Source of the DNA: Minisyncoccota bacterium
Lineage (GTDB): Bacteria; Patescibacteriota; Minisyncoccia; JBAYJV01
Length of the DNA stretch: 64,000 nucleotides
NCBI GenBank assembly: GCA_041664925.1
Contig: JBAYJV010000001.1
Coordinates: forward strand, 213,438-277,437
Reading direction: 5' to 3'
In this document: positions 10,096 through 18,707 of the stretch, piece by piece
How the letters are laid out: each line of letters starts with the position of its first letter
Position numbering within the stretch: position 1 is the stretch's first letter
Translations under genes and position numbers: made by a program
Notes under the pieces: generated by a model
What the model saw: the letters and a program-made list of their open reading frames with translations, nothing else
Database searches by the model: none
What the model was told of the DNA's origin: nothing

Positions 10096-10179
10096 GTTAG
10101 AATTTTTTGATGAATAAAATGAATCTTAAAAATTCTTACACCCTTCCGTAGTCCCGGCTTGCCGGGACGAAGGAGGATT
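10096..10179 (-). promoter_or_regulatory. Two-hairpin leader motif, copy H, directly before the glmS ATG
   Basis: GTAAGAATTTTT...AAAAATTCTAAC then ATG; P1 is a nested CCTTCG...CTACGG hairpin. Confidence 0.7.
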
Positions 10180-10294
10180 ACAATAACTAAAAATTGAAAA
10201 TTGAAAATTTAAAATTGCTTCTTTTCCCATTATATATCCCAACTTCAAAAGCACAATAAAAAAAGGCCCGTTAACTTTTAACGGACCTGATTTT

Positions 10295-10549
10295 CTACTG
10301 AAGAACTTGTTCTGGCAACACAATATCAATCTCAACTGGGATTCCTAGTTCTCTGAATCTTCTTATGAAACAATCAAGTGCGCTTGGTAAGCCAGACCCC
10401 TCTGAAGAAGCAGAGCATTCTTCAAGCCTGTTTACTACAGCCAAAACATCGTCTTCTCTGTGCCCTTTTTGAGCAAGATGTCTTTCCGCGGCTTCTCTCA
10501 GATGATCAAAGCCACCTTCTGCAATAACTCTCACGCCTTCCCCGTCCAT
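10295..10549 (-). CDS. Hypothetical protein (cassette)
   Basis: GGAGGG before ATG; leader motif upstream; terminator at about 10258-10288. Confidence 0.65.
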   Translation of the reverse strand: MDGEGVRVIAEGGFDHLREAAERHLAQKGHREDDVLAVVNRLEECSASSEGSGLPSALDCFIRRFRELGIPVEIDIVLPEQVLQ

Positions 10550-10562
10550 TTTTCCCTCCTCT

Positions 10563-10628
10563 CTTAGAGTTTTTTCTTGAGCTCTGCGAAAGTTAAAAAT
10601 TCTTAGATCCTGAGCGTAGTCGAAGGAC
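10563..10628 (-). promoter_or_regulatory. Two-hairpin leader motif, copy B
   Basis: CCTTCGACTACGCTCAGG then CTAAGAATTTTT...AAAAACTCTAAG, then GGAGG. Confidence 0.7.
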
Positions 10629-10852
10629 TACATTAATTCAATTCAAGAACTTACATTCTCTCAAAGAACTTAGTATGAGCTATTCATACTTCGTATGATA
10701 CTATCATACAATTAGATCTTTTCTTCGTCAATATTGGGTTATCCACAGGGTACCGTATGGTACCCCGCAAGCAGAGTAAATAAAAAAAGAATCTTCCGAT
10801 TCCTGCAATATTTATTCTAAATTCTAGCTTTTAAATTCTATATTCTCACAAA

Positions 10853-11689
10853 TTACTCTTTCCACTCTCGAATCGCTTTAGCGTAAGTTTCGGGTGTGCC
10901 AATATCAAACCATCTTCCTGATAATAAATATCCGTAAAAATTATTTTCTTGAATTAACTTGGGAAAAATTTCCTTTTCAATGCTGATTGTCTGGGAATTC
11001 ATATAGTCAAAAATTTCGTATTGAAAAACAAAAATACCAGCATTGACTACATAAGACTGAATATTCTTTTTTGCTGGTTTCTCTGAAAATTCTTTTACCC
11101 GCGATCCTTCCAGTTTAACCGTTCCCAACCCCATTGGATCGGATACCGATGAAAGTGCAATTGTTCCCAACGCTTTATTTGAAATATGGAAATCAATTAA
11201 ATCGTCTATATTAACATCGGCAATTTCGTCAATGTACCAGAGTAAAAATGGTTCTTGTTTAATAAACGGCTTAACAGCCAATAAGGCTGGCGCCGTTCCT
11301 TTTTCTTTCTTGTCGTCAATATAAATGATATTAACGCCAAATCTTTCACCGTTTCCAAAGTAGGCTTTTATTTTTTCTCCCAAAGTTCCAACAACGATAT
11401 AAATATTTTTTATATTATAACCTCTGAGATAATTAATCGTGTGTTCCAAGATCGGCTTGCCCTTGATCGGAATAAGCGCTTTAGGAATTTCGTAAGTCAA
11501 AGGTCTCCAGCGCACGCCCTTTCCAGCAGCCAAAATTACCGCCTGATTAATGCTCGGCCTTAAGCTCTTGGCAATCAAAGATTCGATGGCATGAGATCGA
11601 TTGCGGACTTTTTCGCCATCAACCAATCCATCAATTTTGCCAAGCAATTTTTCGTCTAATGTAATTGTAATGCGTGATTTTTTTGTCAT
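10853..11689 (-). CDS. Ribbon-helix-helix / sugar-phosphate nucleotidyltransferase fusion
   Basis: N-terminal RITITLDEKLLGKIDGLV...NRSHAIESLI; then AVILAAGKG.R.RPLT..PKAL, EKP and WFDIGT. Confidence 0.88.
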   Translation of the reverse strand: MTKKSRITITLDEKLLGKIDGLVDGEKVRNRSHAIESLIAKSLRPSINQAVILAAGKGVRWRPLTYEIPKALIPIKGKPILEHTINYLRGYNIKNIYIVVGTLGEKIKAYFGNGERFGVNIIYIDDKKEKGTAPALLAVKPFIKQEPFLLWYIDEIADVNIDDLIDFHISNKALGTIALSSVSDPMGLGTVKLEGSRVKEFSEKPAKKNIQSYVVNAGIFVFQYEIFDYMNSQTISIEKEIFPKLIQENNFYGYLLSGRWFDIGTPETYAKAIREWKE

Positions 11690-11850
11690 ACTTTTTCTTA
11701 TCTATATCTTGCCATAATTTAAAAAATATACAAGCGATTTTGTCATTCTGAGAAACTGAAGAATCCCGCGTATCTTGAGTAGTGTTAATTTTACTTGACA
11801 TCTGATAAGAATGTGATAATATATAAGCAAGTGAGAGAAAAGGAGGAGAA

Positions 11851-12243
11851 ATGAGTCGAGAAATTGTCCAAGCGGGATTAACAGGATTTGTTGGACCGAT
11901 TGAACATAGCCTGCTCGATGCCCTAAACAATGCCTGGGATAACCGCACTTCGAGAGATGAAGATGGTTTAAAGAATACGCTTAGTAAGAAAATACAGAGT
12001 TTCGTTGGTCCTTTATTTAGAATAGCTACTAGTGACGGATATAAATGGTTCTGGGCAGCCAATTTCAAAATTGGCGCTGGGAAGTTAGTGTTGCTTTTCC
12101 CTTGGAGCCAAGATTGGAAGAAAAAAGACAGATCTCAGATGGACCGATCAATCGGTATTTATACAGAAGGAGAAGTTGACGACGACGCACTAAACACAGT
12201 TCTTGTTCAAATCATTAGGGCTCTTGAAAGACCAACAAGATAA
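11851..12243 (+). CDS. Hypothetical protein (array cassette 1)
   Basis: TTGACA 11795, AAGGAGG SD, terminator from 12250. Confidence 0.75.
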   Translation: MSREIVQAGLTGFVGPIEHSLLDALNNAWDNRTSRDEDGLKNTLSKKIQSFVGPLFRIATSDGYKWFWAANFKIGAGKLVLLFPWSQDWKKKDRSQMDRSIGIYTEGEVDDDALNTVLVQIIRALERPTR

Positions 12244-12249
12244 GAATCC

Positions 12250-12308
12250 AGAAGGAGCAGAAGAAATCTGCTCCTTTTTTTAATTTATTGAAGTCCGACT
12301 TCGATAAA
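12250..12308 (+). terminator. Repeated intrinsic terminator plus palindrome
   Basis: AAGGAGCAGA..TCTGCTCCTTTTTTT then TTTATTGAAGTCCGACTTCGATAAA; near-identical copy at 12959-13016. Confidence 0.85.
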
Positions 12309-12475
12309 CGCATTATCCTAAGTATAGCGAAAAATCTCGCGTTTAGTTATTTCCCTTAAAATTCTTCCTCCTACAACGCTACAACATAGAGTCAGGATGA
12401 CAAAAAAAGCACATAATTATTTGACATTAAAAATTATTATGATAAGATAAAAACCGAACGGATAAAGGAGGCGTC

Positions 12476-12955
12476 ATGAAACAACCAAGTTCGGTCGAAA
12501 AAAACACTCCAATGGCTTTAATCCGCCAGAACCTGTTTGGATGGCTTGATAAAAAGGATTGGACGACACAAGAGCTAGTCGATTGGCTTACTGGTTACAA
12601 ACTCTTAGAAATCTTAAACACAGGATGCGACGACGAACCATATGGCTTAATCGTAAAAGCGCTTGAAGATGGAGTCGAGAGAAATCGGAAAAGACTCCTC
12701 AAGGATGAATTAGCGAGAAGAATCGCTAAACTCCTTAATGAAGGACCAGATGTTAACGGACCATGCGCGTCTCAGATAAGAAATGATCAATTGCTTTATA
12801 ATTTGCTTTTATTAGCAGCTTGCATAAAACGTTATCGAACTCTCCAAAGACCTCTTTGTGATATGCGACAACGAGGCAAATTAATAAACAGAAATTACTT
12901 AGCCATTAGTCTAAAGAGACTCCTTGATGATGCAATCTCACATCAATACAAGTAG
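12476..12955 (+). CDS. Hypothetical protein (array cassette 2)
   Basis: TTGACA 12421 and TAAGAT; AAGGAGG SD. Confidence 0.75.
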   Translation: MKQPSSVEKNTPMALIRQNLFGWLDKKDWTTQELVDWLTGYKLLEILNTGCDDEPYGLIVKALEDGVERNRKRLLKDELARRIAKLLNEGPDVNGPCASQIRNDQLLYNLLLLAACIKRYRTLQRPLCDMRQRGKLINRNYLAISLKRLLDDAISHQYK

Positions 12956-12958
12956 AAT

Positions 12959-13016
12959 AGAAGGAGCAGAAAGAGTCTGCTCCTTTTTTAATTTATCGAA
13001 GTCCGACTTCGATAAA
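12959..13016 (+). terminator. Repeated intrinsic terminator plus palindrome
   Basis: AAGGAGCAGA..TCTGCTCCTTTTTT then perfect palindrome TTTATCGAAGTC-C-GACTTCGATAAA. Confidence 0.85.
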
Positions 13017-13094
13017 TTATCTCCAATATTGACAAATAATAAACCTTGTTTTAGGATTGGGACAGTTCTTAAAAAATCTAACAAAGGAGAAAAG

Positions 13095-13589
13095 ATGAAT
13101 GAAAGAAGAAAGACAAAGAAAGAGATTCGAGCAGAGTACGAAAGAAAATGGACTCTGGTAATGGCTCGATGGCTTGGCAGATTTGTCAGGAAGCCCAAAA
13201 ATAATGGTGATATCTTCGTGGGAATTTTCGGCGGCGAAATCGAAATATTTAAAAGACCTGTATATATGACAGATCTCCAAATATCAAAATTGTCGCCACT
13301 GGCTCAGGTAAAAGAAGAAACTAGAATACGGATGAAAAAATTTCCACCATCAGGAAAAAGATGGAACCCATTTAATGATTTCACTCCATGGATGGGTCCA
13401 AAAGGATTGCTTAAGAAAATTAGGACAACAGGTCTTTTGAATGTCTTTCTGGCAAAACTTGATCTTAGCAACCAACTTAATGGTATCGAAGAACTCTTTG
13501 GTTGGTTGGAAAATGATCCAAGTGTATTGGCAAAACTTATGGCCGAAGCGCTTGTCGAGATTCTCGAAGAAAAAAGTTTAAAGCCATAA
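13095..13589 (+). CDS. Hypothetical protein (array cassette 3, gene 1)
   Basis: TTGACA 13029, 17 nt, TAGGAT; AGTTCTT; AAGGAG before MNERRK at 13095. Confidence 0.72.
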   Translation: MNERRKTKKEIRAEYERKWTLVMARWLGRFVRKPKNNGDIFVGIFGGEIEIFKRPVYMTDLQISKLSPLAQVKEETRIRMKKFPPSGKRWNPFNDFTPWMGPKGLLKKIRTTGLLNVFLAKLDLSNQLNGIEELFGWLENDPSVLAKLMAEALVEILEEKSLKP

Positions 13590-13615
13590 TCGTTTGTTTC
13601 CAAAAGGAGGAAAGA

Positions 13616-13948
13616 ATGACACATGAATGGATGAAAGGGATCAGAGGGCTTGAAGTAGAAGCTGGTGCGCCGGCAAGGCTTTGGTATCCTGGAACAGGAG
13701 ACGGAATAAAGATCAGTGGAAAATTTGTGATTACTTTTGAAAACGGAGAAACGCTCGTGGGCATTTGGGAGATTTATTCTTCTCAAATGTATTTAAAAAC
13801 TAGTGATGGAAAACGCATAAGGAAAGATCATTCTTTGATCAGTCAAGCATTGCGCATAGAAATTGCAAATAGAGTTAATGAAGTCTGCAGAGTTTCATTT
13901 ACCACAATGATTCTTGAGAGTGCAATAAACGCAGAGCTTATCGATTAG
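13616..13948 (+). CDS. Hypothetical protein (array cassette 3, gene 2)
   Basis: AAGGAGG SD; terminator AAGGAGCGA..TCGCTCCTTTTTTT at 13970-13998. Confidence 0.72.
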   Translation: MTHEWMKGIRGLEVEAGAPARLWYPGTGDGIKISGKFVITFENGETLVGIWEIYSSQMYLKTSDGKRIRKDHSLISQALRIEIANRVNEVCRVSFTTMILESAINAELID

Positions 13949-14176
13949 TAAAAGAACAAATAGAAACACAGAAGGAGCGAATAGTCGCTCCTTTTTTTCA
14001 TTTTTTACCCAAGAATAAATGATTGGTTGTAAAAAATAGAACCCGCCTTTGGCGGGTATTACCAATCAAAATCGGAGGCTAAGCCTCCGATTTCTTATCT
14101 TACAACAAAATTAATCAATTTATCTTTCACCCCGCAAAATTCATTGCATTCATCGCGGGGCAAGCAAAAATCTAGA

Positions 14177-16840
14177 TCACTTAACTACAAAGTTTATTAG
14201 TTTATCCTGAACGTAGATCACTTTGACGATTTCCTTATCTCTCGTCCAGCCAATAATTTTTGAAGAAGAAAGCGCTTTTTCTTTTGCCTCTGATTCTGAA
14301 ATACCAATCGGACACTCAATCATTTCTCTGACTTTCCCATTCACCTGAACAACCAAACTAAATACGTCTTTTTTAATTAATTTTTCGTCATACTTCGGCC
14401 AAGGCTCTTCTGAAATTGACCTGAAATTAGAATTTGTTTCGGATTTCGGATTTCGGATTTCGGATTTGAGGAGTTGATATAACTCCTCTGTGATATGAGG
14501 CGCAAATGGTGAAAGGATTATTAAGAATTTTTCAAAAACTTCTTGTGCTAAATCCTTCGCTTTTTCAATTTCATTCAAAAAGATCATCATTTGAGAAACT
14601 GCCGTATTAAACTTCATCTGCTCAATGTCTTCCCCGACTTTCTTAATCGTCTGATTTAATAATCTTTCTAAATCTTTTGATTCCTGACCTTGAATCTTTG
14701 ATCCATGTTTTTCGCTTTTCGCTTTAAGCTTTACGCTTTCTCCTAAGTCCCAAACCCTACTCAAAAATCTATTCACTCCAATAACACTTTTCCCTTCCCA
14801 CGGAATTGCTTGATCAAATGGCCCCATAAACATTTCATAAAGCCTGACTGTGTCAGCTCCATATTCTTTTACGTAATCATCGGGATTAATGACATTGCCT
14901 TTTGACTTTGACATCTTAATTCCGCCCTCGCCCAAAATCATGCCATGAGCGGTTCTTTTTTTATAAGGCTCCGGTCCGCATTCTCTTGGAACTGCTCCAA
15001 TATCATAAAGAAATTTATAAATAAATCTTGAATATAATAAATGCAGTGTTGTATGCTCCATCCCGCCATTGTACCAATCAACCGGAGTCCAATATTTCAT
15101 TTGTTTCGTATTTCGTATTTCGAATTTCGAATTTTCGCTTATAGTATAAGCGATGTAGTACCAATTAGAACCCGCCCAGTTGGGCATGACATCGGTTTCT
15201 CGCCTTGCCTCGCAACCGCATTTTGGACATTTTACCTTGACCCAGTCTTTTGCCTTTGCCAATGGCGAGTCACCATCTTTCGTTGGTATAAAATCTTTAA
15301 TTTCCGGTAATTCAATCGGCAAATCTTTTTCTGGCACCGCAACCCAGCCAGGATTCAGAATTTCTCCTTCGTTGTGTTTCGTATTTCGTATTTCGTATTT
15401 CGTATTTTCCATTAATTTTTTGCACTTCGGGCAAAATATTAATGGAATCGGTTCTCCCCAATATCTTTGTCTTGAGAAAATCCAATCGCGCAAATGGTAA
15501 TTGATTGTTTTATCTCCTAATTTATTTTCCTTTAGCCAAGCGATTATTTTTTTCTGCGCTTCTTTGGTTTCAAGTCCATTCAAAAAACCAGAATTAATAT
15601 TAATGCCATCGCCCTCGTAAGCTTCGCTTTCCGCGAAGTTAGAATTTTGAATTTTGAATTTTGAATTTGTTTCGGATTTCGGATTTCGGATTTCGGATTT
15701 TAAATCATCCGTCGGCTTTACCACAATTTCGATCGGCAAATTATATCGCTTCGCGAATGCGTAATCACGAGTATCGTGTCCCGGTACTGCCATAATTGCC
15801 CCTGTTCCATAATCCATTGAAACATAATCTGCTATAAAAACAGGAATTTCTTTTTTTGTTGCTGGATTAATTGCCTTAATTCCCTTAATCTCAACTCCCG
15901 TTTTTTTCAACCCAAGGTTGACCAGCCTCGGGCTGGCTTTTTTTATATCACTAATATACTTTTCAATTTCTTCATAATTTTCGATTAACGATTCACTATT
16001 AACGATTAACGAATGATCAGGAGCAATCACCAAAAATGTCGCCCCAAAAATCGTATCTGCTCTTGTTGTGAATACCTCCAAATAGTTTTGGTCATTTGGA
16101 TTTAAATTATTAGATATTGTTTCGGATTTCTGATTTCGGATTTCGAATTTAATGCTTGCTCCTTCCGATCTACCAATCCAATTAATTTGCTGATTCTTGA
16201 TTCGATCCAAATAGTCAACATTTTTTAAATCATCGATCAGTCGATCAGCATATTTAGTAATTTTTAGAATCCATTGTTCACGTTCTTTTTTTATAACTTC
16301 GCTTCCGCATCTTTCACAAACTCCACCAACCACCTCCTCATTAGCTAAGCCAATTTTGCAGCTTGTGCACCAATTAATATTTTCTTTCGCTTTATAAGCT
16401 AAGCCATGTTTGAATAATTGGAGGAATATCCACTGGGTCCATTTATAGTATTCCGGATCGGAAGTTGAAAGCACTCGCGACCAATCAAAAGAAAATCCCA
16501 AAGATTTTAATTGCCTTGTGAAAATAGCAATATTTTCTTTGGTAATAATTTTAGGATTAACTTTTCTTTTTATGGCATAATTTTCTGTCGGTAGCCCAAA
16601 AGAATCAAAACCAATGGGATAAAGAACCGAATATCCTTCCATTCGGCGTTTTCGGCAAATAATATCCATCGCGGTATAGCTTCGTGGATGACCAGTATGA
16701 AGCCCATCTCCAGACGGATAAGGAAATTCTACTAAACCATAAAACTTCTTTTTTTCCTTATTTTCTTTAGCGTGAAAAATTCCTGTCTTTTCCCAAATAG
16801 CTTGCCACTTCTTTTCAATTTTTTCCGGATCGTAAGGCAT
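14177..16840 (-). CDS. leuS: Leucine--tRNA ligase carrying several in-frame repeat-derived insertions
   Basis: FPYPSG, HTGH (HIGH), FTTR.DT, DW..SRQRYWG.PIP and KMSKS motifs; start MPYDPEK. Confidence 0.98.
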   Translation of the reverse strand: MPYDPEKIEKKWQAIWEKTGIFHAKENKEKKKFYGLVEFPYPSGDGLHTGHPRSYTAMDIICRKRRMEGYSVLYPIGFDSFGLPTENYAIKRKVNPKIITKENIAIFTRQLKSLGFSFDWSRVLSTSDPEYYKWTQWIFLQLFKHGLAYKAKENINWCTSCKIGLANEEVVGGVCERCGSEVIKKEREQWILKITKYADRLIDDLKNVDYLDRIKNQQINWIGRSEGASIKFEIRNQKSETISNNLNPNDQNYLEVFTTRADTIFGATFLVIAPDHSLIVNSESLIENYEEIEKYISDIKKASPRLVNLGLKKTGVEIKGIKAINPATKKEIPVFIADYVSMDYGTGAIMAVPGHDTRDYAFAKRYNLPIEIVVKPTDDLKSEIRNPKSETNSKFKIQNSNFAESEAYEGDGININSGFLNGLETKEAQKKIIAWLKENKLGDKTINYHLRDWIFSRQRYWGEPIPLIFCPKCKKLMENTKYEIRNTKHNEGEILNPGWVAVPEKDLPIELPEIKDFIPTKDGDSPLAKAKDWVKVKCPKCGCEARRETDVMPNWAGSNWYYIAYTISENSKFEIRNTKQMKYWTPVDWYNGGMEHTTLHLLYSRFIYKFLYDIGAVPRECGPEPYKKRTAHGMILGEGGIKMSKSKGNVINPDDYVKEYGADTVRLYEMFMGPFDQAIPWEGKSVIGVNRFLSRVWDLGESVKLKAKSEKHGSKIQGQESKDLERLLNQTIKKVGEDIEQMKFNTAVSQMMIFLNEIEKAKDLAQEVFEKFLIILSPFAPHITEELYQLLKSEIRNPKSETNSNFRSISEEPWPKYDEKLIKKDVFSLVVQVNGKVREMIECPIGISESEAKEKALSSSKIIGWTRDKEIVKVIYVQDKLINFVVK

Positions 16841-16849
16841 AATGATTAA

Positions 16850-16960
16850 CTCAAAAATCAAATCTTAAAACTCAAAGCCAAAACCCAAAACTATTAAGCT
16901 ATTTATTTTTTAGATTTAAGTTATGGTTTTAACTTTTGAATTTTAAGCTTTAAGTTTAAC
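16850..16960. repeat. Intergenic inverted heptamer-repeat hairpin with no ORF
   Basis: ctcaaaa/atcaaat/cttaaaa/ctcaaag arm and ttttaac/ttttgaa/ttttaag arm. Confidence 0.75.
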
Positions 16961-17070
16961 TTAATAATATCATAATATAGTACTATATTATCTAAATTTG
17001 CTTAAAAAGAAAAGAGCGCAGCTTTTACTACGCTCTTTATGTCTAATGATTTTTATTTCCTCTTCTAAGA

Positions 17071-17457
17071 TTAGGGTCTTTGAATGAATACTTCGCCGCT
17101 AATACTTTCGCCAGCTCGTTTAACCCATGAAAGAGGAATACCGTGAATGATTGTGCTATCTGTTGGTCTTTGACATGTCGTTGCCTTGGCTTCTCTTCCT
17201 GCGACCAATTCAGCAATCTGGCTAGATAGCATCCAAAGATCCATCAATGGATTTGCATCATCACTCTTCTGTAAAAGCACTTCGTCACCATGACCTTCCA
17301 CTGCGCCAATTACACAACTAGGTGAAATGTCTCTAAGACATAAGCCACTGCTTCGTTCTGTGGTATAAGCAACAACCTTTTCTCTTTTATTAAACCTAAC
17401 TAAATCATCTGGTCTGATAAAATAAAAAGTTCCGCATTTTCCCGATTGATTTTCCAT
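17071..17457 (-). CDS. Hypothetical protein, paralog of 17590..18084
   Basis: GGAGG SD; shares YF..P....(L/M)RDI...(C/W)(V/I)(I/V)G pattern with the neighbour. Confidence 0.72.
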   Translation of the reverse strand: MENQSGKCGTFYFIRPDDLVRFNKREKVVAYTTERSSGLCLRDISPSCVIGAVEGHGDEVLLQKSDDANPLMDLWMLSSQIAELVAGREAKATTCQRPTDSTIIHGIPLSWVKRAGESISGEVFIQRP

Positions 17458-18141
17458 CTTTCCTCCTCGACTTTTCCTATTTGCTGAGCTTTTGAAGAAC
17501 TGTCAATATCTTAAATCAAAATTTATTGTGTGTCAAGTCTAAAAGAAAAAAAAGGCGTAGCTCTTGCTACGCCCATCATGTTTTTGTGACTATGTTTCAA
17601 TTTCAGCGCTTGCCTCTACGCCTTCACGCTGCGGCATCGCGCCTACAAAACGAGCAAGTCTCTCCAAGTATTCACGACAATCGACATGCGCAGATTTGCT
17701 TTCCGTCCCTTCGCTTTTGAATAATATAGTAGTACCATCGTCTTGATGCCTATAATCAACACGAGCACAACCCTCAGAATATTCAAAAATTACAATGCGA
17801 ACACCATTGTCAAGACAAAACAACGCGTAATCTTCGGCGACTACCCAACGAGATCTTTGACTACAAGTACCTGTAACAGACGGCTTCTTCTGAACTTCAA
17901 AGTACTGATTCTGTGCTCCATGTCTCTCTCTAGTATAGCCAACAATCCAATCAAAAGGAATGTCGCGCATACATACATGCCCCTTCTCTTCGTCTACCTG
18001 ACCAAGTGCTACTTCGCCTTTTAGCAAGTAGTCTACCTGATGAGGTAAAAAGTAAAGTCTCTCGATTGTCTGTGCGCTTCCCATCTTTCCTCCTCGACTT
18101 TTCCTATGCGCTGAGCTTTTGAAGAACTATCAATATCCTAA
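17455..18141 (-). repeat. Two 60-bp direct repeats covering -10, boxA-like, SD and ATG (17455-17514 and 18082-18141)
   Basis: 56/60 identical by manual alignment. Confidence 0.9.
17590..18084 (-). CDS. Hypothetical protein, paralog of 17071..17457
   Basis: Same leader as the neighbour; own terminator at about 17545-17576. Confidence 0.72.
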   Translation of the reverse strand: MGSAQTIERLYFLPHQVDYLLKGEVALGQVDEEKGHVCMRDIPFDWIVGYTRERHGAQNQYFEVQKKPSVTGTCSQRSRWVVAEDYALFCLDNGVRIVIFEYSEGCARVDYRHQDDGTTILFKSEGTESKSAHVDCREYLERLARFVGAMPQREGVEASAEIET

Positions 18142-18262
18142 GTTATAATTATTCAAATGTCAAGCTAAAAACAAACAAATCGTATCAAATACGATTTATA
18201 GTTCTGATTAATTCATTCCTAATTCTTGATTCCTAATTCCAACTCGTTAACCCATTAACACG

Positions 18263-18706
18263 CTAACCCGTAACTTCTTTTCTGCAATACGGACAATGTT
18301 TCCATCCCTTTTTTATTGTTTTTCCACAATTGGGACAATGCTTAAAAATCTCACCTCCGCAAGAAGGACAGAAAACAAAGTTTTCTTTAATCTCAAGACC
18401 ACATTCGGGACAACCAAAAACATCTTGAGATAAATTTGAGAGTTCTTCTTCATAAGCCCTTTCTGATTTTGTCCTTGCTGGTCTGATTAAAAGATAGCCA
18501 AGTAATCCCGGCAAGTGAAAAAACAAAGGAAGAAGAATAACAAGATATTGAGATACCGATTTTTTATAGCGCCTTCTTGCGTCTTTGGCGACAAAGCTGA
18601 CTCCGCCTAACCAAACCACAACAAACAAAACCCAGAGTGAAGTTTTTAATATTTTAAAAAATTCACTTTTTGCTATTAAATCTAAAATTTGTTGAAACTC
18701 TTCCAT
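18263..18706 (-). CDS. Membrane-anchored double zinc-ribbon protein
   Basis: Two TM helices ending YLLIRP, then four CPxC knuckles. Confidence 0.88.
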   Translation of the reverse strand: MEEFQQILDLIAKSEFFKILKTSLWVLFVVVWLGGVSFVAKDARRRYKKSVSQYLVILLPLFFHLPGLLGYLLIRPARTKSERAYEEELSNLSQDVFGCPECGLEIKENFVFCPSCGGEIFKHCPNCGKTIKKGWKHCPYCRKEVTG

Positions 18707-18707
18707 T

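Noticed and set aside
10096-10260. glmS ribozyme
   Set aside because: Conserved core (AGCGCC, GACGAGG, UCGGCGG) not found
10126-10335. 69-aa ORF upstream of glmS
   Set aside because: Spans a terminator, a heptamer tract and the leader hairpins; translation is repeat-derived
10739-10747. oriC suggested by DnaA box TTATCCACA
   Set aside because: Only one box was noticed, with no dnaA and no box cluster
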